Positions 37,346 through 50,125 of a DNA stretch of 64,000 nucleotides are shown here, one piece after another (position 1 is the first letter of the stretch; every line of letters starts with the position of its first letter). The stretch lies in NCBI RefSeq assembly GCF_018977255.1, contig NW_024704742.1, positions 62,684,001-62,748,000 of the forward strand, read 5' to 3'. Position numbers and translations under genes: made by a program. Origin of the DNA: Callorhinchus milii (taxonomy: Eukaryota). The notes beneath the pieces are model-generated. The model worked only from the letters and a program-made list of their open reading frames with translations, searched no databases and was not told the origin of the DNA.

Positions 37346-38359
37346 TAAATGTTATGTTTCTGGAAGAGAAAATACTCTGGTAACTCATGCAAATCACTCT
37401 GTTAATATTTACTTATAGTGGGAAACGTGTTTCTGTGCTGCTGATTAGAATATTGTTTTTCTCAGTCACGCTGCAAAATAAAGTGTACAGTGTATCAGTA
37501 TGGATATCCATTGTGGAAATGCAGCTTGTAATGAGCAGAAAATAAAGAGCCTTAACATTACACACCACATACTTTGTGAAAAACTCACACAGAGTGATTT
37601 ACTTTACTCAGAGGGGAACAGTCATTTGCCTCTGCACCACCAATGGTGCCTTCATCCACTGCAATTCTAACCTCTGGAACTCCCTGCCTCAATCTTTCTG
37701 CCTCCTCAACCTCCCCAACCACCTTATGTATCTTTAAATCCCACTTTAAGACTTATCTCTTTGACCACGACCATGTTCACCTCCCCCTCTCCCTTGCTCG
37801 GCATCCAACCCCACCACTATACAGTTCTCTGAGATGCTATTCTGCATGAAAGGCACTATAGAAATACACGCTGTTATTGTTGATAGGAATGGTGGTTGTA
37901 TCAAAGTCCATCCTGTATTATGGTAGAAATGTGCATTAATAATCTCAACTGCCTTCAATAGAATCTCTACTCCTCACTATTTTCTACTTCCTTGCAGCTA
38001 ATAAACTGTTTTCATTGTCAACATAGAATAGTGAAGTCCAGGCTATTGCTGTGAAATTGATATTGAGATTTGACCTTTTATTTAGTTATTGTAACCTTGA
38101 TCTTGCTGAGTATCTTTCTCTATTTCCTCACAGAGTTGTATTTTATTTCTGTCTCCTGTAAAGTAGTATTAAAAGAATTGTTTGTTGCTTCTGCTTCATT
38201 TCCTCATTCTGATTCCCCAGTTAAATCCTCCCCAGAGATCTTCTCATAGCTTAGTATTATTTTGGGTTTTAGTCTTTAATACAGAATCAAATTCAACTAT
38301 ATGATAATCACTGAAGCTCAAGAGTTTTTTCACTTCTAAGTTACTGATCACCTGATCTA

Positions 38360-38697
38360 TGTGACTGGCTGTGTCTCTATGTGACTGTGTCTGTGTCTCT
38401 TCTATATGTGTATGTTTATGAGTGTCTCTGGGTCAATGTGTGTCTCTCTGTCTGTGTGTCTCTCTGTCTGAGAATGTCACTGTGTGTGAGGGAGTGTGTG
38501 TGCCCCTGTCTGTGAGTGTGTGTGTGTGTCTCTGTGTCTGTGAGTGTCTGTGTCTGTGAGTTTGTCTCTGTATCAATGAGTGTTTCTGTGTCTGCAAGTG
38601 TATGTCTGTCTCTGTGTCTGTGAGTGTGTGTCTGTGTGTGTCTCTCTGTGTCTGTGAGTGTGTGTGTCTCTCTCTGAGTCTCTGTATCTGTGTGTGT
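38360..38697. repeat. Compound (TG)n/(TC)n microsatellite
   Basis: Runs of TGTGTC, TCTGTG, TGAGTG. Confidence 0.95.
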
Positions 38698-39410
38698 TGC
38701 TGGTCCTAAGAGGCAGGTGATGGTCAGCTCATGTAGCCTCACTGGTGTTCCCCGCTAACCCCAAAAAAATGGCCACCTAGTTTTTGTTAAAGAAGCAATG
38801 AATATTCTTTTTGCAACAATCTAATATGTGTCATTTCCTTATACTTAGTTCTTATCAATAAAGTGAAACAATGTAGCAGTAAAATGTATATCAATAGTAC
38901 CAACCAACCCCTGCAAGCCCCCACAATTTTCCGCAAGACCGGCAAAGTGCTTCGCAATTTTTTGCAAATATGTCTGCACTTCTCTATTGGCCCAGCTAAT
39001 CACTTATGATGGACATCTAAACACTAGATCCCAAATAACCTCTGCTGCATGGCTCTACTTCACAGTTATGTCAGAAGCAGTCGCCTTATAAAATGTATTG
39101 TATCCTAATCCTTCCCTTCTGGTTGTCCCTGGATGACACTGGGAAATTTAATGATTGGGCACAATGATTAGGCAGCAAGATCTTCTGAAGGCTGCCTTGC
39201 TTCCCTAAATAACGCACAAACTCACTGTCTATGTGCCCAGCTTGGGCTGAATGTAAGCAGCAGCTGTCTGTTTCAGATCCTCTGTGGCCTAAGAAGGTTG
39301 ATACACCTAACATTCTGGGGTACAAGTGACTAGTGAGGTGACTGCTGTGGTCAAATTGACTGAATTACAGTCACTCCACTTTACAGTAACTCCTGTGAAG
39401 CACTTTGAGA

Positions 39411-39764
39411 TAATAATAATCCTTGCATTTGATACAGTGCCTTATCACGTCTCAAAGATGTCTAAAAAGTGTTCACAAAATATATTGTAGATTTAATTGA
39501 TTGTGTATTTTGCGGTCCAAATGTAAGAAATTAGGCACATAAACAGCCGTGGATTAAGTGACCACATTTGTTTTTTTTCAGAGGGATTATTACTCCCTGA
39601 AAACGATCTGCCAATCAAGTAACAACTGGGTTCCTACTTATTGCTAGGTGACAGAGGCGCGTCGAGTAAGGAAATTTGTCCAAGGTTTCACCCTGTCTGG
39701 AAATCAAACCCAGATCCTCTCACTTGCGAGGTGAGTGCTCTAACCAATATGCTAAGGGACTCCG
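39411..39764 (-). mobile_element. tRNA-derived SINE, long form
   Basis: Reverse head CTTGCGAGGTGAGTGCTCTAACC..GACTCC, GGGTTCCTACTTATTGCTAGGT, (TAA)n tail. Confidence 0.87.
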
Positions 39765-42206
39765 CAATGTGAAAGGTGTCCTTCCAATGTGAAAGGCTAA
39801 ATCAAACGTAAGGCTTATTATTACTTGTTGGTATTTAACTATCTTCACATTTGATAAAGGACCTTTCAAGGAGACATTCAAATGTGTTGTAAATTGGAGT
39901 GTATTTTGGGCAAATAAAATCTTTCAAGTAATCTGAATTGTCTAATGCATCTTTCTTTCCTGGTTGTCTGAATCACTGGTAATTTCCAGGCTGTGCTCAG
40001 CTTGTAGAACATTTCTTGTTGATAGAGCTTGTATTTGCTCCCACATGTCTATGTTTTAAGGAGGGAGGGACAAAGCCGAACACACTATGTGTCAGATATT
40101 TTAACTCTCGGGGGTGTGGGGGGATACAATGATATTTAATGTTCATATACAGGACCAGCCAATTTTGAGATGGTGGTTGGAATGTCAGCCCCACAATCTG
40201 CTTTGTAACAACACACAATCAAGAGTGGTCAGCGGTCAGTATTTCCACATTATGACGCCACCACCACCACCACCAACAGTAACAACTTGCATTTATATAG
40301 TGCCCCTCTGCTTTGTGTCTCAGAGCACAGCACAGGAAGCTGCCCAGCTGGCTTCTCTCAGGAAGCACCACACTTCAAAATGGGTGGGTTGAAGCCCGAC
40401 ATATAATTCCACAACTTTGAACTCATAGTCTCGGTCTGACACTCCAGTGCAGTGCTGGATAATTGCTGAGGGAGTGCTGCAATGTTGAAGGTGCTGTCTT
40501 TTAAATGGTTAAACCAAACTCCCCTTCTCTTTTGAAACAGTGCCATGGAATATTTAGCATCCACCTGAACACGCACAGCTTAAGGATGGGACCTCTAACA
40601 ACGCAGCTGTACTTAGACATTAAGCTCAAATTGCTGACATTGGGGCTTGAGCACACAGCTATCTGACTCAGAGGTGAGAAAGAGCCAGGCTGATATGCTT
40701 TAAGGCAATTTCAATTTCAAGATGGTAGAGAATTTTAAAAAATCCTTAAAATCAGCTGTTTTTTTGCAGTTCTTTTTAACTAGGTCCTTATTAGTTGGCT
40801 TGTGGGGAGAAGGAGAAAAAATCCCCAATAGGGTAGAGTTGATGGCGCAAATTGTCCGTTCCTGAGCTGTAACATTCTATGATTCTCTGAGTTTCTCTCC
40901 GTGGTGCTTCATCTGTCGAGGCAACAAAACAAAGTACCTTGAAATGCAGCTAATGCATCATTTTGACACTTTTATTGTTTTTGCCAGTGGCATACAGTCT
41001 TCTGCTCCTGAAGTAATAAATGTTTACAGTTTGTCCAGTTAATGAATACCCTAGGCTACAGTGCGTTTTAATGTGCTTATATATTTACTCACAGCGAACG
41101 ATATAAAGGTCACTAGTAAGCAGAGACACACACGGAATGGAACAATCAGGACCCCCCAAGGAATGAGTGGGGAGAATTGTTGGGCATGGCAATTGAAGAC
41201 TGACAGTCTAGATGGCAGTCAGTCAACACAAAAGCAATAATAGAGAATGATAACAAGGATATGCTTTACAAATTGCTAGAGTACTGTTCGAGTGCTTTGA
41301 TCCTCCAAGACCTGCACTGAGTAGCTGGCATGGGACATTATGAAAATGTAGCAAGAAACCAAGTACAAAAGGGAGGAATATGAAGGATTCATCAAATGCA
41401 AAGAAATGAAAAGGGAGGGGGAAATTCTTTTTGTTTTAGCGAACAGCTTTAACAGCTTCTGCCTAAAATGAAGAACATTCTTCCAAAGTCCCATCAGTGG
41501 ACACTGATGAAACATCCTCCGTTGCAGCGTGACATTAACAAAAGTCGGGCTTACTGCTTACTGGCTCAGGTGCAAGTAATAATAATAATAATTCTTATAT
41601 CTGATATAATGCCTATCAAATTATGAGGACTTCTCAAGGCACTTTACAGGCTATTGTGAACTGTAGTGACCATGTATTTCGTAGCCAGCAAATTTGCTTA
41701 AAGCAATGTCCCGCAGAAAGTCATGAGGCGAATAAACCAATTTTATCTGGGGAGTTGTTGGCTAGGACAGCGGGAGAATCTCCTTTCTGTTTTTTAAATG
41801 TATAGGAGAAATCTCATGCTCTGTTATACCCTGTTGCTGATATGTGGTGCACACGATATCTGCTGCAATTATAATTCTATGCCCGGCAATCTGAGGACAT
41901 AAATCGATTTTCCATTCAGTCTGTCGTATAGGATTACTCAGCCCTGCATGTGGTCTACAGATGCATCGTGTGGGCTTCTGTGCAATTGTGCAATTAAAAA
42001 TATATTAGAATAAAACAGCTGATCAGAATCACGGCAGACTGTAGCAGCTGCTGACACATTCGGTAAAAAAACAAGAGCACCATCAGAATGCTAATAATTG
42101 AGGGTCATACCCCGAACATTAACCTTCCCATTTCTTTAGATGATTAATCTATTGTGGATTTTTCTGTTTCTATATTTAGATTTTAAGCATCTGCAGTTTT
42201 TCTTTG

Positions 42207-42522
42207 GATATGCATTTGATATAGCGCCTTACCACATCTTCAAGACATCTCAAAGCATTTCACAGAATATACTGTATATTTTAGGGGCGAAATGCGGCAG
42301 CAGTGTCCCACAAACAGTCATGGATTGAGTGACCAAATCTATTTTTTAAGGGAGTATTACCCCCGGAAAAACAATTTGCCAATCAACTAACAACCAGGTT
42401 CCTACTTACTGCTAGGTAAACAGAGCCTTGTGGAGTAAGGAAATTTGCCCAACATTTTGCCGTGCCAGGATCGAACCTAGGTCTCTCGCTTGCGAGGCGA
42501 GTGTTCTAACTACTAAACTACA
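42207..42522 (-). mobile_element. tRNA-derived SINE, long form
   Basis: CCAGGTTCCTACTTACTGCTAGGTAAACAGAG, GGTCTCTCGCTTGCGAGGCGAGTG. Confidence 0.87.
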
Positions 42523-42600
42523 GTTGTGCTCAAGGTTTGGAGATTGCGGTGTTTGAGTGCAGTTTAACAACAGACACCTATTTAACTCAATCTCTGTCAC

Positions 42601-42985
42601 TATCCTCCCTGGGGGTAGGAGTATAGCAAGTAAGTTTAGTCTCCTTGGAGCTGAACTGGCTTCAAAGTGACATGCTTAGCAACAGAATGTCAGAATTGAG
42701 TCAATCCTCGCTGAATTTAAGCATGCAGTTTTAGTTAAACTCCAGCAGTACCCCTATGCACACTCTGGGGTCCTCAAGCCTTAGCTATTGCTAGCCGGCA
42801 TCTGATACTCTCCGGAATTAGGTAAGCAGGATGGGTCACTCCAGGGAGAGAGGGTGCATTCCATTCCAATACACAGGAACTTCCATGTGTAGGTGGGATG
42901 CACGGATGTTTCAGTTTGGTTTAGATACTCTTAAACATGATGATGGGTTTCTGAATGTGTCAGACACACTGATGACCAAAACAAA
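42601..42985 (+). mobile_element. Unclassified structured retroposon, copy F (internal deletion)
   Basis: GTCTCCTTGGAGCTGAACTGGCTTCAAAGTGACATGC, TCCGGAATTAGGTAAGCA, GTGTCAGACAC, end CCAAAACAAA. Confidence 0.82.
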
Positions 42986-44202
42986 TTTGCATTCTATGAA
43001 TTCAAATGCTGACAAAAAGAAAGCGATCTGTTCAGTGATTGTATGAAATGGAAATATACATTTTTACAAAATGGCCCAAGGAGCAAACCATTGTGCTAAA
43101 ATATATGTGTGTGGGTGTGGGGGGGGGGGGGGGGGTGAGCAAGGGATGAAGTCCCACATTCTTTAAGTAAAATGTCAATATATTATAATTAGCACATTGA
43201 ATGTGTCATGAAATGGTACATTTTCACTCCAAACTTCAGTGAAGTACAGCAAACAGAAAACAACAGTTTGTTTATAAAATACACCGTGGCTACACTTTAC
43301 AGTAAATGTTATGAAGTGCTTTGAGATATTGCCTTTCAAGTGTTCTGGGATAGTACCCTTCATGAGGGGTGCATTATAAATGCATTTGTTGTGGTTGACT
43401 TACCGGCATGAAAGGCCCTGTTATCAAATGCAAATGCAAACTCAAGCTATATAGTGTGAAAAGAAAATGATTAAGGACTTATTTGAAAATATTGGGGTCA
43501 TGTTTGCGATGTTTTAAAACATTATTTGTGTTACTTTGCCCTGCGCAATTGGCTGCTGTGTTTTGCTCATAAAATATACAGTCAATTCACTTTACAATAT
43601 ATTCTGTGAAGCGCTTTGAGATGTCTAGAAGATGTGATGAGGAGCTATATCAAGTGCAAGGATTATTATTATTATTACTTTACTCCAACATATACAGTCA
43701 TTGGATGTCAATGTTCCCCTCACACCAAGTAGGAATGTTCTTCTTCAGACCAGATGGCCTCTATCTTTGATATTCCTGAAGTAGGCGTCCCTCCAATTGT
43801 AAGTTGCAGGCTTTAGAGTGGATTTCAAGTTTTTCTTAATATTCATATTTATTTTCCAGGATTGATCTGCTGAGGAGGGGTGAAAAACGCTTCTTTCCCC
43901 ACCTAGTCAAAATATAACGTTGTAACCGAGAGTCATAGAGCTCTATGACCATGAAAGCTATAAATGTTTTTTTTGGTCCTGTTCAAAACAACAATAACAA
44001 TTTTACATTTGTATAGTGTCACGTAAGGAGGATGTGTGAAAGTGCTTCACAGGATTTACTATGAAGTTTAATTTTTTTAGGCAAATGTGGTAGCCAATTT
44101 GCACAAAGCAATGTCCCACAAACAGCCATGAAGTAAATGGACAATTTTATTTTGGAATTGTTGGCCAGGGCACCAAGAGAAACTCCCTTCTCCCTTCACA
44201 TC

Positions 44203-44816
44203 CTTCTTGGGAGGAGGACAGCGGGGTCTCCTTGGAGCTGAACTGGCTCCAAGGTGACATGCTTGACAATACAATGTTGGAATTGAGCCAGCCCTCCGTG
44301 TCAGTCTCAAAAGTCCGGTTTCTGAGCCAGGCGGGACCGCAGTATTCCAGGGTATTGCTGATGACAGCACAGACAGCCTGGCTCATCGGCAGGACCTGGA
44401 AGGGCAAACCAGTGATTGTAGGGCAGACCAGTCACTGGAGTCACCCCACTCAGCTCCTGTTAATCCTGCAAACCAAATCCCTAACAGGTAGGGTGGTCCC
44501 AGCTGGATAAGCATTGGGAAAGCTTGCCGGATAACAATATCAATGGCAAGCTATGCGGTTTTAGCTGGTTAGACTCCAGCAGTACTTCAACGCACACTCT
44601 CGGGCGCCCAAGCCTTGGCTTTTGCCAACCTTCCACTAATACCTTCCGGAATTAGGTAAGCAAGAGGCGTCCCTCCAGGGAAAGTGTGCGCATTCCAACA
44701 ATCATCTCTGGAATTTCCATGTGCAGGTGGGATGAGTAGAAAGCTTGGTTTGGATACTCTTAAGCATGGGATGGGTTTCCGCATGTGTCAGACACTCGGC
44801 TGGCCAAAAATAAAAA
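44203..44816 (+). mobile_element. Unclassified structured retroposon, copy G (most complete), 12-bp TSD
   Basis: TCCCTTCACATC at 44191-44202 and 44817-44828; tail AAAAATAAAAA; several internal stems. Confidence 0.88.
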
Positions 44817-45589
44817 TCCCTTCACATCAAGGCTAAATTCAACATTGTGTTACAAAATTCTGCCCATGATGCATCAGCAATTATAGTTTCAATGCACAAA
44901 ACAGCGCAAAATAACAACATAAAATTCAATTACCTATCACCTCTGTTCAGCCATTATTAAGCCAAAAAATGAATCAACATCTGAATCAACTGGACTCAGG
45001 GACTTCTGCATTTGCATTGAAATCAATTTAAATCAACCCAACAAAATCAAGCTAAATATTTAATTGAGGATTGCCAATACCATAATTCTCTCAAATTGAA
45101 ATTGAATTTTTTGTCATGTTCATTTATAACTGCCCAAATTTCATCTTTGCACATGAGATATTATACAACTACAACTTGGATTTATATAGCTCCCTCCACG
45201 CCAGACGGCTTCTCAGAGCGCTTAAATTATAGGCAGAATAAAATTCTGGTTTGATGAACAAGACATACTGTTAATGTTATCTGTTGCCATACATACACTG
45301 TGTTACATTTGAATACAAGAGCCCTGTGCTGCAATGAAGACAGCAAAGGCAGCATACTGGCAAACAGCACTGTGCTCTCATTCCTTTAAGTGATGCGCAG
45401 ATCTGGGCTCAGCTGCACTGATACACATTCACCAACAGTGCCACCTGTCTATTTATTAACTAGACAGTCTGTTGTTTGAATTAAATGCCCAGAAATCGTA
45501 CAGAATATTAAGCCAAATACTGATTTAAAAAAACAGAGATATGCTTTTCTGCTTAATTATACCCCCTATGAGATGGATATATTTGATAA

Positions 45590-46015
45590 CAATAATAATA
45601 ATGCTTACATTTGACATAATGCCTTTTACATCCTCAAAGCACTTCACAGGATATACTGTAGAGTGTAGTGATTCCATATTTAAAGGTAAGCACAGCAGCC
45701 AATTTGCACACTGCAATGTTCCACAAACAGCCATAAAATGATTGACTAATTTTATTTGGGAGATTGTTGACCAGGACAGCAGGAGAAACTCTGTTCTCTT
45801 TTCGAATAGTGCCATGGAAATTGTTAACATCCACCTGGACAGGCAGATGGAACTTTAGTTTAACATCTCATCCAAAGGCCAGCACCTCCAACAAAGCGGC
45901 ACTCCTCCAGCACTGCGCTGGAGTGTCACGACTGTGAGCTCAAAGTCCCGAGGTGGAGCTTGAACTGACAACCTTCTGGTTCAGAGGTGAGCTTGGTATC
46001 AACTGAGCCAGGGCT
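45590..46015 (-). mobile_element. Deu-domain tRNA-SINE, full length
   Basis: Reverse head CAACTGAGCCA, body AACATCCACCTGGACAGGCAGA, Deu motif, (TAA)n tail. Confidence 0.85.
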
Positions 46016-46949
46016 ATTAATAAATAAATATTCATCATCATCATCAAGGTAAATATCCAAAATGAAGCCTTGGTCCCCATCCCCTGGTCCCACCTCTATC
46101 CTCTGCCTCTGAAATGGGCTGAAGGTCCTGATAATAATAATAATACTTGCATTTGATATAGCACCTTATCACATCTTCAAGACGTCCCAAAGCGCTTCAC
46201 ATAATATACTGTAAAGTGAATTGAATGTGGGCAAAACGCAGCAGACAATTGCGCACAGTAGTGTCCCACAAACAGTAGTGGATTTAGTGAACAATTTATT
46301 ATTATTATTTATTTTTTGAAGGAATTATTACCCCCAATAAAGCAATCCACCAGTAAACGTGTGCTATGTACCCATTTTAAAAGGTATAACGGGTAAAGGT
46401 AGAATAGAACACAAAAAAATTCACAGCACAACTCTAAACAGCACAGCACCTTCATTCTCTGATGGTTAACTACAAGTAACTCTGGCACAAAATGATCAGT
46501 GGTACATGTAGCGTGTTTAACCATGTCACTTGTTAATGGGATTTCTCCTTTATAATTGTGCATCACCAAAGGTGCTACATTTAAAGTAATTTATACTGGA
46601 ATTTCAGCCCACAAGTTTGGCTAGAAGAAAGGATGACTAGCATATAAAATGCAATACATAACAAGTTACATTTACACAGTGCCTTTACATTACATTTATA
46701 CAGTGGATGTCTCAAGGTGCTTGAGAAAGCTGTCTGGTCACCTGAGCAGGGGGTTGAAAGCTGAAGGGGAGTGGAGAAGGCAAAGATGATCGAAAGTGCA
46801 ATCAAAGAAGTATGTTTTGAGATGGGTATTAAATGAGGGGAGGGAGCAAGTTGCATTGACTCTGTGATGGATTTCCACTAAACAGGGGCTGAAAGCTCGC
46901 CTGGCGATGGGGGTGTAAAAATTCACCTTAAAGAAGGTGGATGACCTGA

Positions 46950-47345
46950 CCTGATGTGGATTGAGGGATGACCTGATCGAGGTCTTTAAATATATGAGGG
47001 ATTTTGATAGAGTCAATAGGAAGAAATTATTTCCACTGTTCAGTGACTGAGGGCAGTAAATGAGTTGGTTAGTAAACAAGCAAATGGAGAGAGTAGGAGA
47101 ATACTTTTCACATACAGAATTGTTAGGATATGGAATGCCCTGCTGGGAGTACTAGTTGAAACAAAATCCATATTAGCCTTCAAGAGAGGTTGAGACAGAT
47201 ACCTTAAAAACGATCAGCTATAAGGGTATGGAAAAGAGCAGGTAAATGGGACTGAAAGGATTGCTCTAGAGGGATCTGCAACATGATCACAGACATGATG
47301 GACCGAATGACCTTCTTCTGTACTGTAAATCTCTATGGTTTTATG
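46950..47345 (+). mobile_element. CR1 3' fragment
   Basis: GATGACCTGATCGAGGTCTTTAAA (DLIEVFK), GATGGACCGAATGACCTTC, TCTATGGTTTTATGG tail. Confidence 0.82.
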
Positions 47346-48182
47346 GTCACGATGGAGGCAGAGTTCAGAAATGGTCTGGGAATTGTTCTCTTGAAACTTA
47401 TAACACATTATAAGACTGTCTTTATGTCCTGCTGTCATATATGATCATTCATCCCAGGTGACTTTTGATGGTGACTGCTGCACAAAAGTATATCAAGAGA
47501 ATATTTAAATTGCAAATTAACACATTATTTCCCTGGGTATAAAATGAGAAGGTCTGAGGTACTGCTGCTTAGTATGGCCCAGAATTTCTCAAGTTCTTAG
47601 CTTTAAGCCTTTTGCCTTGAAATATAAGTTCATGTAGATTTTTGGAAAATTCTTAAATTCCACATTCCTGAACTTCAGAGCACTCTGGTGTGAAACATCA
47701 CAGAAATTGGAGCACAGAAGGAAGTCATTCAGCAAATGCTGGTGCCAAGTCTATCATAGTGATGCTGTGAAGCTGACATTCCCGAACTGATTATTTGAAC
47801 AGAAGCTTGACAGGAATCAAATCCTACTGAAGGAAACAGTGGGCATCTAGCACGCATGCCGAACCATCCAGGAGTTCAGATAAAACATTGTACAGCTAGC
47901 AATATGCTATCGATACCACTCCTGTGCAAGTACTGTGAGAGATATTTTTAAAAAAGCATCTTTATATTCAACACTGATGACTTGTGAAGCACAGCACTAA
48001 CAGCTCGGTTTGCATGCCAGACGGTCTGAGGCAGCCTCTTGCCTGATGAAGCTGTTACTCCATTTGACAACTATAAGAGCTCCCATAGAAACCATGAATA
48101 CTAAAGTCATTCGAGCATGTTCTTTGTTTTGAAACTGGCAAAAGAAATATGAGATCCTCTGAGAACATGGGCGGCCACTTAT

Positions 48183-49646
48183 GTGAAACATGAGTTAACG
48201 GCAACACATTCAATTAGGTTAACCTTCAACCTTCACTGCGAGGAGATGCTGGATTTCCTTGAATCCAAGATCAAGGGAATCCGCTCCGCGGTAACTTCCC
48301 CTCCAACTTCCACCCACCACCCACCCCTTCCCTCCCACACTCCGACTCCTACCCATCCTCCCCTACACACCTTCGTACCCGTTTCCCCACCCTCTGTCAC
48401 TGAACTCATCCTATCCCTAAAACCAACCACCTGCTCCCTTGACCCCATCCCCACTCCACTCCTTATCTCCCAGCTCCACTTTCTTGCCCCACATATCACT
48501 GACATCATCAACCTGTCCCTCTCCTCTGGCTCTGTCCCCATTCCATTAAAAACTGCCATCATCACGCCCACCCTGAAAAAACCCTCCCTTGATGCGTCGC
48601 AGCTATCAAGCTACCGGCCCATCTCCAACCTCCCCTTTCTCTCCAAGGTCTTGGAAAGAGTTGTCGCCTCCCAACTGCGCTCTTTCCTTTCCACCCATTC
48701 TCTTTTTGAACCCCTTCAGTCAGGTTTCCGTGCTGCTCATAGCACAGAAACTGCCCTGGTCAAGGTCACCAATGATATCCTGACCATCTGTGACCAGGGC
48801 TCCCTCTGTCTCCTCGTCCTCCTCGACCTATCGGCAGCATTCGATACGGTCGACCACGCTATCCTACTCCACCGCTTGTCCTCCCACCTCAACCTTCAAG
48901 GCACTGTCCTTGAATGGTTTAGGTCGTACCTTTCTCACCGTCTTCACTTTGTCTCGACGAATGGCTTCTCCTCCACCCCCCGCACTGTCTCATGTGGTGT
49001 CCCTCAGGGCTCTGTCCTCGGTCCCCTCCTCTTCACCCTCTATATGCTCCCCCTCGGTGACATCATCCGCAGACATGGAGTTAACTTCCACATGTATGCG
49101 GATGACACCCAACTCTACCTTTCCTCCTCTACTCTCAACTCCACGACCACCGATGTCCTGACAGCCTGCCTGTCCGACATCGAGTCCTGGACGAGAGACA
49201 ACTTTCTTCAGCTCAACGTGCGAAAAACCGAGGCCCTCCTGATTGGCTCACGTCAGCGCCTCCGCACCTCAGGCGCTGACACCATCAGCATCCAAGGCTG
49301 CACTCTCCACCTCTCAAAGCCAGTCAGGAACCTCGGCGTTTTGTTCGACCCTGAGCTGTCCTTTCTCCCTCACATCCGCACCACAACTGGCACCGCCTTC
49401 CATCACCTCCGGAACATCGCCAGACTACGGCACTACCTCACCCCTCACGCTGCTGAAACCCTGGTCCACGCCTTTGTCACCTCAAGGCTGGACTATGGGA
49501 ACTCTCTCCTCGCCGGCCTTCCCGTACCTCCCTCCACAAGCTGCAGGTCATTCAGAACTCTGCAGCTCGTGTACTGTCCCGCACCAGGACCACATCACTC
49601 CCACCCTCGCTCGCCTCCACTGGCTCCCCATCCCCCAGAGGATTGA
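48183..49646 (+). pseudogene. L2 ORF2 reverse transcriptase domain (no endonuclease; frameshift near 49525)
   Basis: [70 protein letters not shown]. The first ~14 codons are flanking DNA. Confidence 0.96.
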
Positions 49647-50125
49647 TTTCAAGATCCTCATCCTCACCTACAAGGCCATTCACGGCCTTGCTCCCTCCTA
49701 CCTCTCCAACCTACTATCCCCCTACCTACCTGCCCGTACCCTCCGTTCCTCTGGCTCCGGTCTGCTCCACGTCCCCCGCCCCAACCGCCCTACCATCGGT
49801 GGTCGGGCCTTCAGCCTCTCAGCCCCCAGGCTCTGGAACTCCATCCCCCAGTGCCTTCGCCGCTTCCTCCCTTTCCTCCTTCAAGGCCGGTCTCAAAACC
49901 TTTCTCTTTGACCGTGCCTTCAGCTCCCCTCTCGACTCTCTTCCCCTCCTCGCTCCCTCCCTTCCCTCCCCTCACCCTGACCATTTCCCCCCTCCTTGCT
50001 CCCTCCCTTCCCTCACCCTGACCATTTCCCCCCTGCTCGGGTCATGACCCAACTGTACAGCGCCTTGGGACGTCCTCCTGACGTGAAAGGCGCTTTATAA
50101 ATGGAATCTTGTTGTTGTTGTTGTT
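48224..50125 (+). mobile_element. Young 5'-truncated L2 LINE
   Basis: RT ORF plus C-rich 3' UTR, terminal stem GCGCCTT..AAGGCGC, (TTG)n tail; GTTAAC at 48218-48223 and 50123-50128. Confidence 0.97.

Noticed and set aside
38416..38742. T/H/D/E-rich ORF
   Set aside because: Translation of a TG/TC microsatellite.
41205..41220. Further CTCF-like motifs (also ~45437, minus)
   Set aside because: Partial matches expected by chance in 64 kb.
44223..44262. Helitron 3' hairpin on the minus strand
   Set aside because: No CTRR end, and a 12-bp TSD with an A-rich tail is inconsistent with Helitrons.
44358..44380. Hammerhead in the unclassified element (CTGATGA)
   Set aside because: No GAAA after a closing stem II; the motif sits in a simple hairpin.
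44470..44490. Telomerase RNA or RNase P identity for the unclassified element (CCCTAAC motif, similar size)
   Set aside because: Template-like motif is incomplete and central; no pseudoknot, H/ACA or RNase P conserved regions recognised.
49243..50047. Overlapping P/S-rich ORFs
   Set aside because: Alternate or frameshifted frames of the C-rich L2 3' end, not separate genes.
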